Source of the DNA: Dehalococcoidales bacterium
GTDB taxonomy: Bacteria; Chloroflexota; Dehalococcoidia; Dehalococcoidales; RBG-16-60-22
NCBI GenBank assembly: GCA_034418415.1
Contig: DAOULS010000080.1
Location: 8,513-72,512, forward strand
Length of the DNA: 64,000 bases
Direction: 5' to 3'
The position numbers were made by a program, and so were the translations under genes. Shown here piece after piece: positions 36,633 to 46,733 of this stretch (the first letter of the stretch is position 1; each line of letters starts with the position of its first letter). The notes under the pieces are model-generated. The model did not search any database. It was not told the origin of the DNA and saw only the letters and a program-made list of their open reading frames with translations.

Positions 36633-37445
36633 ATGGCAGTCGAGAGTCAAGTTAAATTACGTATTGATAACCTCTCCCTTAACTTCGGCGGAGTCAAAGC
36701 CCTCACTGACTTAAGCCTGGATATCAGAAACAATGAGATACTGGCGATTATCGGACCTAACGGCGCTGGTAAGACGGCTTTACTCAACTGTATAAACGGT
36801 TTCTATAAGCCGCAAAAGGGCGAGATTTATTACGATGGTCAAAGAATCACCCGCATGCGTCCGGATAAACTGGCTAAACTCGGTATCGCCAGGACTTTTC
36901 AGAACATCGAGCTTTATACCGGACTTAGCACTCAAGATAACATTATGGCTGCCCGCCATGTATTGATGAAGCAGAACTTCATCGCTGGTGCTTTATACTT
37001 TGGCTGGGCTCACAAGGAAGAAATCGAACATCGCAGGACGGTAGAAGATATCATTGATTTCCTGGAAATCGAGCCACTCCGGAAGAGGATAGTGGCGGTT
37101 CTGCCCTACGGAATGCGAAAGAGAGTCGAGCTAGGAAGGGCCCTGGCTCTGGAACCAAAAATCCTGCTCCTCGATGAGCCGATGGCCGGGATGAATCTGG
37201 AGGAAAAGGAGGATATCGCCCGGTTTATCATCGATGTATTCGAAGGCCAGGGAGATACGTATCCCGATACACCCGTTTTGAGAGATGGTATTAAATGCAT
37301 CATCCTTGTTGAACATGACATGGGAGTTGTTATGGACCTTGCGGATAGGATTATCGTCCTCGATTTCGGACGTAAAATTGCCGAGGGTACCCCGGCTGAA
37401 ATTAAGGCCAATCCTGAGGTTATCAAGGCCTACCTCGGACAGTAA
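36633..37445 (+). CDS. livG: ABC transporter ATP-binding protein (LivG-like)
   Basis: Walker A GPNGAGKT, signature and Walker B LLLDEPMAG, and the LivG-type C-terminal extension. Confidence 0.9.
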   Translation: MAVESQVKLRIDNLSLNFGGVKALTDLSLDIRNNEILAIIGPNGAGKTALLNCINGFYKPQKGEIYYDGQRITRMRPDKLAKLGIARTFQNIELYTGLSTQDNIMAARHVLMKQNFIAGALYFGWAHKEEIEHRRTVEDIIDFLEIEPLRKRIVAVLPYGMRKRVELGRALALEPKILLLDEPMAGMNLEEKEDIARFIIDVFEGQGDTYPDTPVLRDGIKCIILVEHDMGVVMDLADRIIVLDFGRKIAEGTPAEIKANPEVIKAYLGQ

Positions 37446-37474
37446 ATATAAATTAATACTTCTTGAGAGAGAAA

Positions 37475-38269
37475 ATGCTTCAAGTCAACAACATTGAAGT
37501 TACCTACATGAATATTATTCAGGTACTGCGGGGCGTATCGCTGGAAGTAGGTGACGGCAAAATCGTTGCCCTACTCGGGGCTAACGGCGCGGGAAAGACC
37601 TCCACACTAAAAGCAATATCCGGAATGTTAAAGACGGAGGAGGGGGAAGTAACTGACGGCAGTATCATTTTCAATGGTAAGAGGATAGACCGGCTTAGTG
37701 CAGCAGATATTGCAGCCTTGGGTATAAGCCAAGTCATGGAAGGGCGAAGGGTTCTGGAACATCTTAGTGTTGAGGAGAACCTGCTGGTATTTGCCCTTAA
37801 TCGTAGAGACCGGAAAGAAGTAAAGAAGGATATGGAGATGGTTTTTACATACTTCCCCAAAGTAAAGGACCTTCGGCGGCAGACGAGCGGTTATTTATCC
37901 GGTGGTGAACAGCAGATGTTAGTGATAGGGCGGGCGCTCATGGCCAGTCCTAAGCTTATGCTTTTGGATGAACCCTCACTGGGCCTGGCTCCTCTTCTAG
38001 TACAAGAAATCTATGAAATTATCAAGAGAATCAATGCTGAACAAAAAATGGCCATACTCCTCGTGGAGCAGAATGCCAGGGCTGCCCTTGATATCGCTGA
38101 TTATAGTTACGTTATGGAGAACGGCAGGGTAGTTATGAGCGGTCCGGCGGCGATGTTAAAGGATAATGAAGATGTCAAGGAATTTTATATGGGGTTATCT
38201 GCGTTGGGCTCTCAGAAGAGCTATCGTGAAGTCAAGCACTACCGACGAAGGAAGAGATGGTTGGCCTAA
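37475..38269 (+). CDS. livF: ABC transporter ATP-binding protein (LivF-like)
   Basis: Walker A GANGAGKTS, LSGGEQQM, LMLLDEPSLGL. ATG 37475 is preferred over the track's TTG 37463. Confidence 0.9.
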   Translation: MLQVNNIEVTYMNIIQVLRGVSLEVGDGKIVALLGANGAGKTSTLKAISGMLKTEEGEVTDGSIIFNGKRIDRLSAADIAALGISQVMEGRRVLEHLSVEENLLVFALNRRDRKEVKKDMEMVFTYFPKVKDLRRQTSGYLSGGEQQMLVIGRALMASPKLMLLDEPSLGLAPLLVQEIYEIIKRINAEQKMAILLVEQNARAALDIADYSYVMENGRVVMSGPAAMLKDNEDVKEFYMGLSALGSQKSYREVKHYRRRKRWLA

Positions 38270-40227
38270 AGGCACGGGTAGAAACAATGACTGTTGAGGC
38301 AGGGCTGGTCTACAAAGAAAAGGGCGATACATGGCCCAAGATATTGAAATACAACTACGAAAAGTATGGCGATAGCAGTATTGCGATGCGGCATAAAAAA
38401 CACGGCGTCTGGCAGCATTATAGCTGGAAGGACTACTACTTCAATGTTAGCTATCTGGCACTTGGTTTAATAGCCATTGGCTTTAAAGCCGGAGATAAGT
38501 TGCTGATTATTGGCGATAATGCCCCCCAGTGGTACTATGCTGAATTGGCGGCTCAGGCTGACCATGGGGCTTCAGTAGGAGTGTTTTCAGAGCTACTCCC
38601 ATCAGAAATAAAATATATCGCCAAAAATTCTGAAGCCAGATTTGCTGTCGTTCAGGACCAGGAGCAGGTTGATAAGCTCCTCCAGATTAAGAGCGACCTT
38701 CCCAACCTCGAAAAAATTATCTTCTGGAATTATAAGGGACTGGCTCATTACGATGATAATAAACTGATGGAATACGGACGAGTGCTGGAGTTAGGAAAAG
38801 CGTATGGGCAGGAACAGCCAGGAACATTCGAGCACAATATTGAAAGTGGCAAGGCTGACGATGTTTGTGCCATTGTTTACACATCGGGAACCACCGGGGC
38901 AGTACCCAAGGGAGCTGTCCACAGCTACAGGACGATGAGGGCCGGGGCCGACTATTATCTGCGCCTCGACCCCTGGCATAGGAACGATAATATTGTTCCC
39001 TACTTGTCACCAGCTAGCATGACCGAGCAGTGGTTCGGGATTGGATGCCACCTCCTCTCAGGCTGTATTCAGAACTTTGCTGAAGAGCCGGAAACCCTAC
39101 GTGAGGATTTTAGAGAAATAGGACCTAGTGTAGTACTCTATGGGGCCCGGACGTGGGAGACCCAGGCGAGCAGGGTTCAGGCCCGTATCCGAGAGGCCGA
39201 TATCTTAAAGAGAAATGTCTACCGCCTGTTAATGCCTATCGGGTATAAAATAGCCGAACTTAAGTATAAAAAACAAAGGCCGAATCTGTTCTGGAGGATG
39301 CTTTATGCCGTTGCCAATATCGCCCTTTTTAGACCAATACGAGATAACCTTGGTCTGCCCAACGCCAGGATTTGTTATTCCACCGGAGCAATACTAAGTC
39401 CCGAAGCCTTCAGATTCTACCATGCGCTGGGTCTCCCCGCAAAAAGCCTGTATGGGTCAACGGAGGGAGGTGCTCTGACTGGCGCGAAGAATGAAGACAT
39501 CTGTCTAGAGACGGTAGGTCCCGTTTTCCCGGGAGCCGAGGTGAAAGTAAACGATAATGGCGAGATTACGTGTCGGCAGCCCGGTGTTTTCCTTGGCTAC
39601 CATAATGACCCGGATAAAACTGCCCAGGTGCTGAAAGAAGGTTGGTTTCATAGTGGTGACAGCGGTTTTATTAATGAGGACGGACATCTTGTCCTTCTGG
39701 ACAGGGTAGAAGATATAGTTGAACTGGCCAGTGGTGATAAACTGGCTCCCCAACTTATTGAGAGCCGGCTTAGGTTCAGTCCTTATATCAGGGACGCTTG
39801 GGTTCTCGGTGGTCCGAATGGAGCCTATACCTCGGCAATCCTCATCATTGACTACGATAGAGTCGGCAGGTGGGCCGGAAAGAAGAAAGTGGCTTACAAT
39901 AACTTCACCGAGCTTTCTCAGAAGCCGGAGGTTTACCAGTTGGTGAGGCAAGATATTGATCGAGTAAATGAGACTTTACCTCCGGGCACCAGGATCAGGA
40001 AATACGTCAACCTGCATAAAGAATTTGACCCTGACGAGGCCGAGCTAACCAGAGACAGGAAGTTGAGGAAGGCATTTATGCAGGAGCGCTATCGCGATCT
40101 TATCAATGCCATTTATAGTGACAAGACCGAGGTGCCCGTGGAGGCCCAGGTCAGATACCGGGACGGTCGAGTGGGGGCAATAAAGACCACAATTATGATC
40201 CAGGCTGTTAAAGGAGCTGACAGGTGA
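38257..40227 (+). CDS. AMP-dependent synthetase/ligase (acyl-CoA synthetase-like) embedded in the ABC operon
   Basis: AMP-binding motif IVYTSGTTGAVPKGA, YGSTEGG and GWFHSGDSG. Overlaps the livF end and the livH start. Confidence 0.85.
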   Translation: MVGLKARVETMTVEAGLVYKEKGDTWPKILKYNYEKYGDSSIAMRHKKHGVWQHYSWKDYYFNVSYLALGLIAIGFKAGDKLLIIGDNAPQWYYAELAAQADHGASVGVFSELLPSEIKYIAKNSEARFAVVQDQEQVDKLLQIKSDLPNLEKIIFWNYKGLAHYDDNKLMEYGRVLELGKAYGQEQPGTFEHNIESGKADDVCAIVYTSGTTGAVPKGAVHSYRTMRAGADYYLRLDPWHRNDNIVPYLSPASMTEQWFGIGCHLLSGCIQNFAEEPETLREDFREIGPSVVLYGARTWETQASRVQARIREADILKRNVYRLLMPIGYKIAELKYKKQRPNLFWRMLYAVANIALFRPIRDNLGLPNARICYSTGAILSPEAFRFYHALGLPAKSLYGSTEGGALTGAKNEDICLETVGPVFPGAEVKVNDNGEITCRQPGVFLGYHNDPDKTAQVLKEGWFHSGDSGFINEDGHLVLLDRVEDIVELASGDKLAPQLIESRLRFSPYIRDAWVLGGPNGAYTSAILIIDYDRVGRWAGKKKVAYNNFTELSQKPEVYQLVRQDIDRVNETLPPGTRIRKYVNLHKEFDPDEAELTRDRKLRKAFMQERYRDLINAIYSDKTEVPVEAQVRYRDGRVGAIKTTIMIQAVKGADR

Positions 40228-41111
40228 CTTTTCTGCAGTTAGTGATAAGCGGTTTTACCCTGGGGATGGTCTATGCCCTGATCGCTATAGGCTTTGTGAT
40301 TATTCTTAAGTGCTCCAAGGCGTTCAACATTGCCCAGGGTCAGTTTGTCATGATTGGCGGGTACCTGGGATTTACTTTTCTGGTAACCTTCCATATGCCG
40401 ATATGGGCCAGCCTGCTGGCAGCGATAGCCGTGGCTATTGTGATGGGCTTGTTAGTAGAACGTTTAGCCCTGCGTCCTCTGGTGGGTCAACCAGTATTAG
40501 CGGTCATCATGATGACCATAGGCCTAGCTACGGTGCTAGAAGGGCTGGCCACTCTGATTTGGGGTGGTGAATATAAGACCTACCATGGAGTACTGCCGAA
40601 ACTAACCCTGAAAATGGGTGAGATATCCATACCATCAGAGATGATAATTGGAGTAATAGTTTCTGTTTTAGCGGTAGTCATACTCATGATTATCTTCCGC
40701 TACACTAAAAGCGGACTGGCAATGAGAGCCACCGCCGAGGATGAGCAAGTGGTTCAGAGCGCCGGTATCAAGGTAACCACTATTTATGCCCTCTCGTGGG
40801 CAATTGCCGGTGTCGTCGGCGTCATCAGCGGTATTATTTTGGGCGGTGTATCCGGTGTCATGGTAGGGATGTCACAGGTCGGTCTGAAGGCTTTCGCCGT
40901 GGTGCTGCTGGGAGGGGTAAACTCATTTGGCGGAGCCATTATCGCGGGTATAATAATCGGTGTTCTAGAAAACGTAGCTGCCGGCTACCTGGACCCACTC
41001 TTACCTGCTGGGGGTGGGCTGGCTAACGTCTTCCCGTTTATCGTTATTATAATCGTGTTAATCTTCAGGCCCTATGGCCTGTTTGGTCTGGCTGAGATAG
41101 AAAGGATTTAG
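40224..41111 (+). CDS. livH: Branched-chain-type ABC permease (LivH-like)
   Basis: Polytopic membrane protein with the LivH-family N-terminus (GLxLGxxYALIAIGFVI). GTG start after AAAGGAG. Confidence 0.88.
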   Translation: MTFLQLVISGFTLGMVYALIAIGFVIILKCSKAFNIAQGQFVMIGGYLGFTFLVTFHMPIWASLLAAIAVAIVMGLLVERLALRPLVGQPVLAVIMMTIGLATVLEGLATLIWGGEYKTYHGVLPKLTLKMGEISIPSEMIIGVIVSVLAVVILMIIFRYTKSGLAMRATAEDEQVVQSAGIKVTTIYALSWAIAGVVGVISGIILGGVSGVMVGMSQVGLKAFAVVLLGGVNSFGGAIIAGIIIGVLENVAAGYLDPLLPAGGGLANVFPFIVIIIVLIFRPYGLFGLAEIERI

Positions 41112-42158
41112 TTGATGGATCTTCCCTCCGGGACATTTAACCAAAGCTATGGTCAGGATATGGCCTTCTTCCGCACCCGGACGCAATGGCTATTGCTGCT
41201 TGCCTTTCTTGCCGTTCTCTTCACCTGCCCCCTTTATTTTGGTGACCGAATACTGACCATCATGACCATAATGGGTATTACCATCATCAGTGTTCTAGGG
41301 CTTAGTATTCTAACTGGATACTGTAATCAAATCTCCATAGGTCATGCTGGTTTTATGGCCGTAGGAGCCTATACTTCGGGTATCCTTTGTGCCAAGCTGG
41401 GATGGCCATTCTGGGGAGCCCTGCCCTGTGCTGCACTGGTGGCGGGACTGGTGGGTATTTTATTTGGTTTGCCATCACTGAAGATTAAGGGCTTCTACCT
41501 GATTATGGCGACCATAGCCGCCCAGTATATTATCATATGGTTTATTCTTCAATTCAGTAATATCACCGGTGGTGGTGATGGCTTGGCCGTGCCAAGACCG
41601 GAAATATTTGGCTATGTTTTAAAGTCCAAAGCTAGCTACTTTTACCTGGTGATGATAATTGCCTGTCTGGCGACTTTCGCGGCTAAAAACATCGTCAGGA
41701 CCAGGGCAGGCAGAGCCTTTATTGCTATCAGAGATAATGAGCTGGCGGCCGAAGTCATGGGAATCAATCTGTGGGTTTATAAGCTAATGGCGTTCTTCAT
41801 CGGTTGTGTCTATGCCGGTGTGGCTGGCGCACTTCTGGTTCACTATGTTGCCTTCGCCACTGTTGATCAGTTTCCCTTTATGAATTCGGTGTGGTATCTG
41901 GGTATGTTAATTGTTGGTGGTATGGGCAGCACCCTCGGGGCAATCCTGGGCGCCGTATCATTCAAGCTACTGGATGAACTGGTTACTGTTGTAGGGCCGA
42001 TGCTCTCGGTAGCAGTTGCTCCCCAGGCAGCCGCTTCACTCAGTCTCATAATGCGTGGTTTGATCATTATCATCTTCCTCATTTTTGAGCCCAGGGGGCT
42101 GGCTCATCGGTGGCAGATCGTTAAAGCATACTACCGGTTATGGCCTTTCTCACATTAA
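41112..42158 (+). CDS. livM: Branched-chain-type ABC permease (LivM-like)
   Basis: Polytopic. LivM-type motif GQISIGHAGFMAVGAY. Confidence 0.88.
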   Translation: MMDLPSGTFNQSYGQDMAFFRTRTQWLLLLAFLAVLFTCPLYFGDRILTIMTIMGITIISVLGLSILTGYCNQISIGHAGFMAVGAYTSGILCAKLGWPFWGALPCAALVAGLVGILFGLPSLKIKGFYLIMATIAAQYIIIWFILQFSNITGGGDGLAVPRPEIFGYVLKSKASYFYLVMIIACLATFAAKNIVRTRAGRAFIAIRDNELAAEVMGINLWVYKLMAFFIGCVYAGVAGALLVHYVAFATVDQFPFMNSVWYLGMLIVGGMGSTLGAILGAVSFKLLDELVTVVGPMLSVAVAPQAAASLSLIMRGLIIIIFLIFEPRGLAHRWQIVKAYYRLWPFSH

Positions 42159-42244
42159 AAATACTTGCTAAAAAGGGGGTGATAAAATTCAGAAAACGGA
42201 ATACTTAAAGTATAAGCAAAACCATAAACTAGAGAGGAGGAGAG

Positions 42245-43570
42245 ATGACGAAGACTAAATGGGTACTGATGACTTCCCTTACTATTATCATACTGTTGGC
42301 ATTACCTCTCTTGAGTGCCTGTGGCGAGGAGGAAGCAACGACGACCCCGGCAGCAACGACGCCTGCGACAACCACAGCGGCACCAGTTAACTACACGGTG
42401 TATGTTGGTGGTTGTTTTGCCCTCACTGGTGCCTATGCCGAGGATATGGCGGCGGACCTGGCCGGATACGAGGACTACATCAAATGGGTAAATGAAAACA
42501 AGAAAGTAGCTCCGTGGTATCCGGATAAGACAATCCCCGATAACGTTACCTTTGAGGTGCTATGGCGAGACGATGAGCTCAACGTAGAGAAGGTGCTTTC
42601 GATCTACGAAGAGCTTAAAGACACAGGACTTCTGGTCGAAAGAATATCAGGTTCACCGCAAGCGCTGGCACTAATGGACTTGATGAACGAGGACCGCATC
42701 GGTGCCACCAGTGCAGCTGCCGGGCCGTATCTCCTGTCGCCGCCGAAGACCATCTTCACCAACTACCCTATCTATACCGACGACTGCGCTGCCTTCGCTG
42801 ACTGGTTCATGGAAAACTGGAATGAGACCAGGGCACCGAGGTTTGCCTTCCTTACCGCCGATAATTCCATGGGCAGGTCGCTAGTGACTGATGAAATGAA
42901 GGACTATCTGGAGAGCGCCGGGTTTGAATTAGTCGGCGAACAGTATGTGCCTTTAGTTCCCACGGCGCCCCCAACCACCCAGCTGGTATGGCTGAAGGAC
43001 AATCAAGTTGATGCCTGCTTCGGCGTCATGATCAATCCCGGTTCCCAGCCAACGGTAAAGGAAATGAACAACCTGAATATGGGACCCGGTAAGGACTACG
43101 AGATAACCTTCGGCTGCGCCACGCCCAGTCACCTTCAGGTGTTCCTTCCGGCGATGGGTCAAGAGGGTAATGGTTTTGTCGTTGGCGGCGGCTATGCCTC
43201 TTGGGACGACCCTGGTGAAGGAATGACTTTCGCCAACCAGCTGTTAGCGGCATACCGTCCTGACAGTGTTGGAGCTATGCACATCATGTATGCCGGTGGC
43301 ATAGTTGAATGCATGACCCAGGTTGAGGCGTTCAGGCTGGCCTTATTAAATACCGGCAAATCTCCTGACCAGCTAACCTCGGCCGATGTCCTGGAGTACG
43401 GCTTCTACAAGATAAAGGACCTGGACACCGGAGGTATAACCGGTTCATTCCTGACCTATGGTCCGGGTGACGTTGAAGGCTGTGATGAGGTGCGTATCCA
43501 GCAGGTGCAGAATGGGAAGATTGTAGACCTGGGCGCATACCCGGTCCACCACATCTACAAGCACGAATAG
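42245..43570 (+). CDS. ABC substrate-binding lipoprotein (type-I periplasmic binding fold)
   Basis: Signal peptide with lipobox LLSAC-GEEE and a Thr/Ala/Pro linker. Position completes the Liv-type transporter. Strong GGAGGAG RBS. Confidence 0.8.
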   Translation: MTKTKWVLMTSLTIIILLALPLLSACGEEEATTTPAATTPATTTAAPVNYTVYVGGCFALTGAYAEDMAADLAGYEDYIKWVNENKKVAPWYPDKTIPDNVTFEVLWRDDELNVEKVLSIYEELKDTGLLVERISGSPQALALMDLMNEDRIGATSAAAGPYLLSPPKTIFTNYPIYTDDCAAFADWFMENWNETRAPRFAFLTADNSMGRSLVTDEMKDYLESAGFELVGEQYVPLVPTAPPTTQLVWLKDNQVDACFGVMINPGSQPTVKEMNNLNMGPGKDYEITFGCATPSHLQVFLPAMGQEGNGFVVGGGYASWDDPGEGMTFANQLLAAYRPDSVGAMHIMYAGGIVECMTQVEAFRLALLNTGKSPDQLTSADVLEYGFYKIKDLDTGGITGSFLTYGPGDVEGCDEVRIQQVQNGKIVDLGAYPVHHIYKHE

Positions 43571-43576
43571 CTAATG

Positions 43577-43610
43577 TTCCGGGAGCTCTATTCCAACAGA
43601 GCTCCCGGAA
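43577..43610 (+). terminator. Strong hairpin (13-bp perfect stem) downstream of the SBP gene
   Basis: TTCCGGGAGCTCT-attccaac-AGAGCTCCCGGAA. There is no U-tract, so this is an atypical terminator or a stabiliser. Confidence 0.5.
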
Positions 43611-43616
43611 GTTACC

Positions 43617-43781
43617 GCTATCTCTAGTGCTGGAGCTATACATGTAAGCAGAACCGTGGCTGCCAATATACCGGATATTCTGGCGGTCGGTGACTGTGCT
43701 GAGACGTGGCATCATATTCTTAAAAGCAAAATGTACATGCCTCTAGGTACCACAACTCATAAACAAGGACTGGTAGCTGGC
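43617..43781 (+). pseudogene. Remnant (about 55 codons) of a pyridine nucleotide-disulfide oxidoreductase gene
   Basis: Translation GAIHVSRTVAANIPDILAVGDCAETWHHILKSKMYMPLGTTTHKQGLVAG matches only the third FAD-binding motif region (xGDCA...PLG..A.KQG) of Nox/CoADR-type enzymes. No N- or C-terminal parts are present. Confidence 0.6.
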
Positions 43782-44229
43782 TTACCAGTCCTTACTGTGA
43801 TAGACTTGGCGAGTCCGAAGGTGGTACGGCAATATGTGGATGACCTGCGTCAGTTTATTGATAATGGCGAACTCACGGAAAGAAGAGTTGGGAGTTCTGC
43901 CTATTGTACGTTACAGTGGGTGGTGGTGTACAAAAGGTAGAACTTTTGCCCTAGCGTTTACAATTACATTCTAATAGGACTCACACCATAATTCAAACAA
44001 TCGACATTTAAATTAACAAAATGGACGATTGTTTAGCATTGCCGACTTCAGATAATGACTCGTATCCCAAGCTGCCAGGGGAACGAACGACCTCTACAGG
44101 ATCTAGCTAGCCAAAGAGAGCGCCAGAATGGTAAAAAACTGAAGCAGATGATATACTATCGTTAAGATTTCGCATGCTAGTAAAAAATTATTGGTATACT
44201 ACATTACATTAGATGAGGAAGGAGGATAA

Positions 44230-45909
44230 ATGGCAACAGTATATGGAGTAACACGTTTTGAGTTTGATGAAAAAAATGACCTCGAGAACTACACTGTGTG
44301 GCTAGCTGACGTTGTCCACGCCACGCCACCTTGGCGTCCTCTTTTCTTCATGGAGAGCTGGGGGCGGTGGGCTTATCGCTCTATACAACGAACCGCCGAG
44401 CAACTGTCCCTGCCCACAACCAAGGGTTGGGATGTGAGATACATAGATGGTTATCCTTATCCTACCGTGATTGAGACTTCGGAGCAAGAGACGAGGGAGC
44501 GCGAACCGGTATTCAGAGAGAGGATAAGACCTTATATTGAGGACTTCGATGGGCTCTGGGAAAAAAGCAAGGCGGACTTAATGAACACCTACCAAGAGCT
44601 CAGGAAAAAGTATGGATTGGGGAAATATGAGGACATCAAGAAGCTGAGTAATATTGACCTTCTGGATCTTTTTGACGATTTTATGCAGGTAGATAGGAAA
44701 CAGTGGGATGTGCACATGGGGTTTATGGTTCCGGCATTTTATCTCTTCGGTCTATTTGAACAGATGTGCCGGGAGCTTATTGGATTCGGCCATACCGATC
44801 CCCTGTTCGCCAAGCTGATGTCTGGCTTTGACAGCATGGTATTCAGGTTCAATAAAGAGGTCTGGCGACTGGCTAATCGAGCAGTTGAACTTGGGCTTAC
44901 TGAACCTTTCCAGACTATCGAAAACAATGACGCCCTGCTCGCTAAGCTGGAAAAGAGCAAGAACGGGAGGAAGTGGCTTGCGGAATACCAGGATTTCCTG
45001 GAGGTTCATGGCTGGCGAAATGAGCGTATGCTCGACTGGGCAACCCCCAACTGGTTAGAGAAGCCGAGTCTGGGGATATTTGCAATAAAGGTAGCGATGA
45101 CTACCGGGGGGGCTTATACCATTGATGAGAGGCGGGAACAGGCTGTAATGGAAAGAAAGCAGGCGGAGAGGGAAGCCTTGGCCAGGGTGCCGACCGAGCA
45201 CAGGGAGTGGTTTGAGGCCCTAATGAAAGCCGCCCAGATGGCTGGTTACTGGAGCGAAGACCACACTTATTATACCGACCTTTACTGCCACGCAATAGGG
45301 CGCTGGATAACAAGAGAAATTGGGCAGCGCTTCGCCCAGGTCGATGTTATCAATAAGCCTGAAGATGTCTATTTCCTAATCGCTGATGAGATAGAGAAAG
45401 CATTAATCCCGATGGGGAAAGTCAAACTGCACAGCTACGTTGACAGGCGGAAGAAGGAATGGGAAGAATACCTCAAGCTTACTCCTAAGCCCTACTACGG
45501 GAATATCGAGCTTGTGCAGGAAATGGTAAGAAAGGACTCTGTGATCACTGTCTCCACTTCAGCCCCAGTAGTCAGGGAAGGGTCGGATGCTGACCTCTTT
45601 GGTACTGCTTCAGCCCCCGGGGTAGTAGAAGGGATTGCTCGCGTTATAATGATTGAGGAGAAATTAGCTGAGGTTCAGCCCGGGGAGATCCTGGTAGCAC
45701 CTGGAACAAGTGCACCATGGACTCCTGTTTTTGAGATAATAAAGGGCCTCATCACCGATGGCGGCGGTGCCCTGGCTCACGCTGTGATTGTAGCCCGAGA
45801 ATACGGCATTCCTGCCGTTATCGGTTGTCTTGAGGCAACCAAGAAGATCAAGACTGGCGACAGGGTAAGGGTTGATGGTAACTTTGGGGTCGTCTATATA
45901 CTGAAGTGA
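44230..45909 (+). CDS. PEP-utilising-enzyme mobile-domain protein (phenylphosphate synthase PpsA-like / PEP synthase central part)
   Basis: C-terminal swivelling phosphohistidine domain (GTASAPGVVEGIARVI...ILVAPGTSAPWTPVF...GGALAHAVIVAREYGIPAV) after a 430-aa unassigned N-terminal region. Strong GGAGG RBS. Confidence 0.8.
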   Translation: MATVYGVTRFEFDEKNDLENYTVWLADVVHATPPWRPLFFMESWGRWAYRSIQRTAEQLSLPTTKGWDVRYIDGYPYPTVIETSEQETREREPVFRERIRPYIEDFDGLWEKSKADLMNTYQELRKKYGLGKYEDIKKLSNIDLLDLFDDFMQVDRKQWDVHMGFMVPAFYLFGLFEQMCRELIGFGHTDPLFAKLMSGFDSMVFRFNKEVWRLANRAVELGLTEPFQTIENNDALLAKLEKSKNGRKWLAEYQDFLEVHGWRNERMLDWATPNWLEKPSLGIFAIKVAMTTGGAYTIDERREQAVMERKQAEREALARVPTEHREWFEALMKAAQMAGYWSEDHTYYTDLYCHAIGRWITREIGQRFAQVDVINKPEDVYFLIADEIEKALIPMGKVKLHSYVDRRKKEWEEYLKLTPKPYYGNIELVQEMVRKDSVITVSTSAPVVREGSDADLFGTASAPGVVEGIARVIMIEEKLAEVQPGEILVAPGTSAPWTPVFEIIKGLITDGGGALAHAVIVAREYGIPAVIGCLEATKKIKTGDRVRVDGNFGVVYILK

Positions 45910-45999
45910 TTGTGACTCTCGACCTATGGAAATGCAAGCTGGGTACCATGTACAGAAAATGACTTTGGTTACCAATCCCGCTCTGGTGAGGGGTTTGAG

Positions 46000-46695
46000 G
46001 TGAGTAAGGGGCAAGTAATCCTCCAGGCCGAGCCAAAACCCATCGAAATAGATTTTTTAAAGACCGCTGTGCTCGTGGTAGACATGCAGAATGCTTTTGT
46101 ACGCCGCGGTGGATATTTGGACCAGCTTGGTATTGACATTTCCGCCACCGAAAAAATCATCGAGCCCTGCCGTAAAATTGTTAATACGGCACGTGAGAAG
46201 GGAATCAAGGTTATATATTTGCAGATGGCTTATAGTACCGACTTGTTAGATAAGGGAGGTTCAGAATCTCCGGTCTTGTACAAATCGAGGGGGTTAGCTT
46301 TTATTGAGCAATATCCCGAAATGAAGGATAGGATTTATATTCATGGCACCTGGGGAGCCGATATTATAGAGGAGTTGAAACAACAGCCGGGTGATTTAAT
46401 AATTCGGAAGCAAAAGTACGATGGATTTATCGGCACTAATTTAAATACAGTTTTAAAGACTGGCAACATAAAATACCTTATATTTATAGGAACAGCAACC
46501 AACGTCTGCGTTGAAACTACGCTCAGGCATGCTTTCTCCTTAGATTACTTTCCGATTCTCGTATCTGATGCTGTAAGTCAACTGGGTCCCGCAATAACCC
46601 AGGAAGCGACTATTTATAACGTACGAACCACTTTCGGCTGGGTGACGACCTCGGAAGAGTTTTTGAATATAATGAGAAGTGTAGACAATAATTGA
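46000..46695 (+). CDS. Isochorismatase-family cysteine hydrolase
   Basis: TAVLVVDMQNAF..., K...DGF and GTATNVCVETT (catalytic Cys context). Confidence 0.85.
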   Translation: MSKGQVILQAEPKPIEIDFLKTAVLVVDMQNAFVRRGGYLDQLGIDISATEKIIEPCRKIVNTAREKGIKVIYLQMAYSTDLLDKGGSESPVLYKSRGLAFIEQYPEMKDRIYIHGTWGADIIEELKQQPGDLIIRKQKYDGFIGTNLNTVLKTGNIKYLIFIGTATNVCVETTLRHAFSLDYFPILVSDAVSQLGPAITQEATIYNVRTTFGWVTTSEEFLNIMRSVDNN

Positions 46696-46733
46696 CTTGA
46701 TAATAGCCACCATGAGAGGGAAGGTGATAATCA

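Noticed and set aside
43656-43940. 94-aa ORF as an intact gene
   Set aside because: Only the first 42 residues resemble anything, namely one internal motif region of a 450-aa flavoprotein family. The rest is unrelated and there is no RBS. I called it a remnant pseudogene instead.
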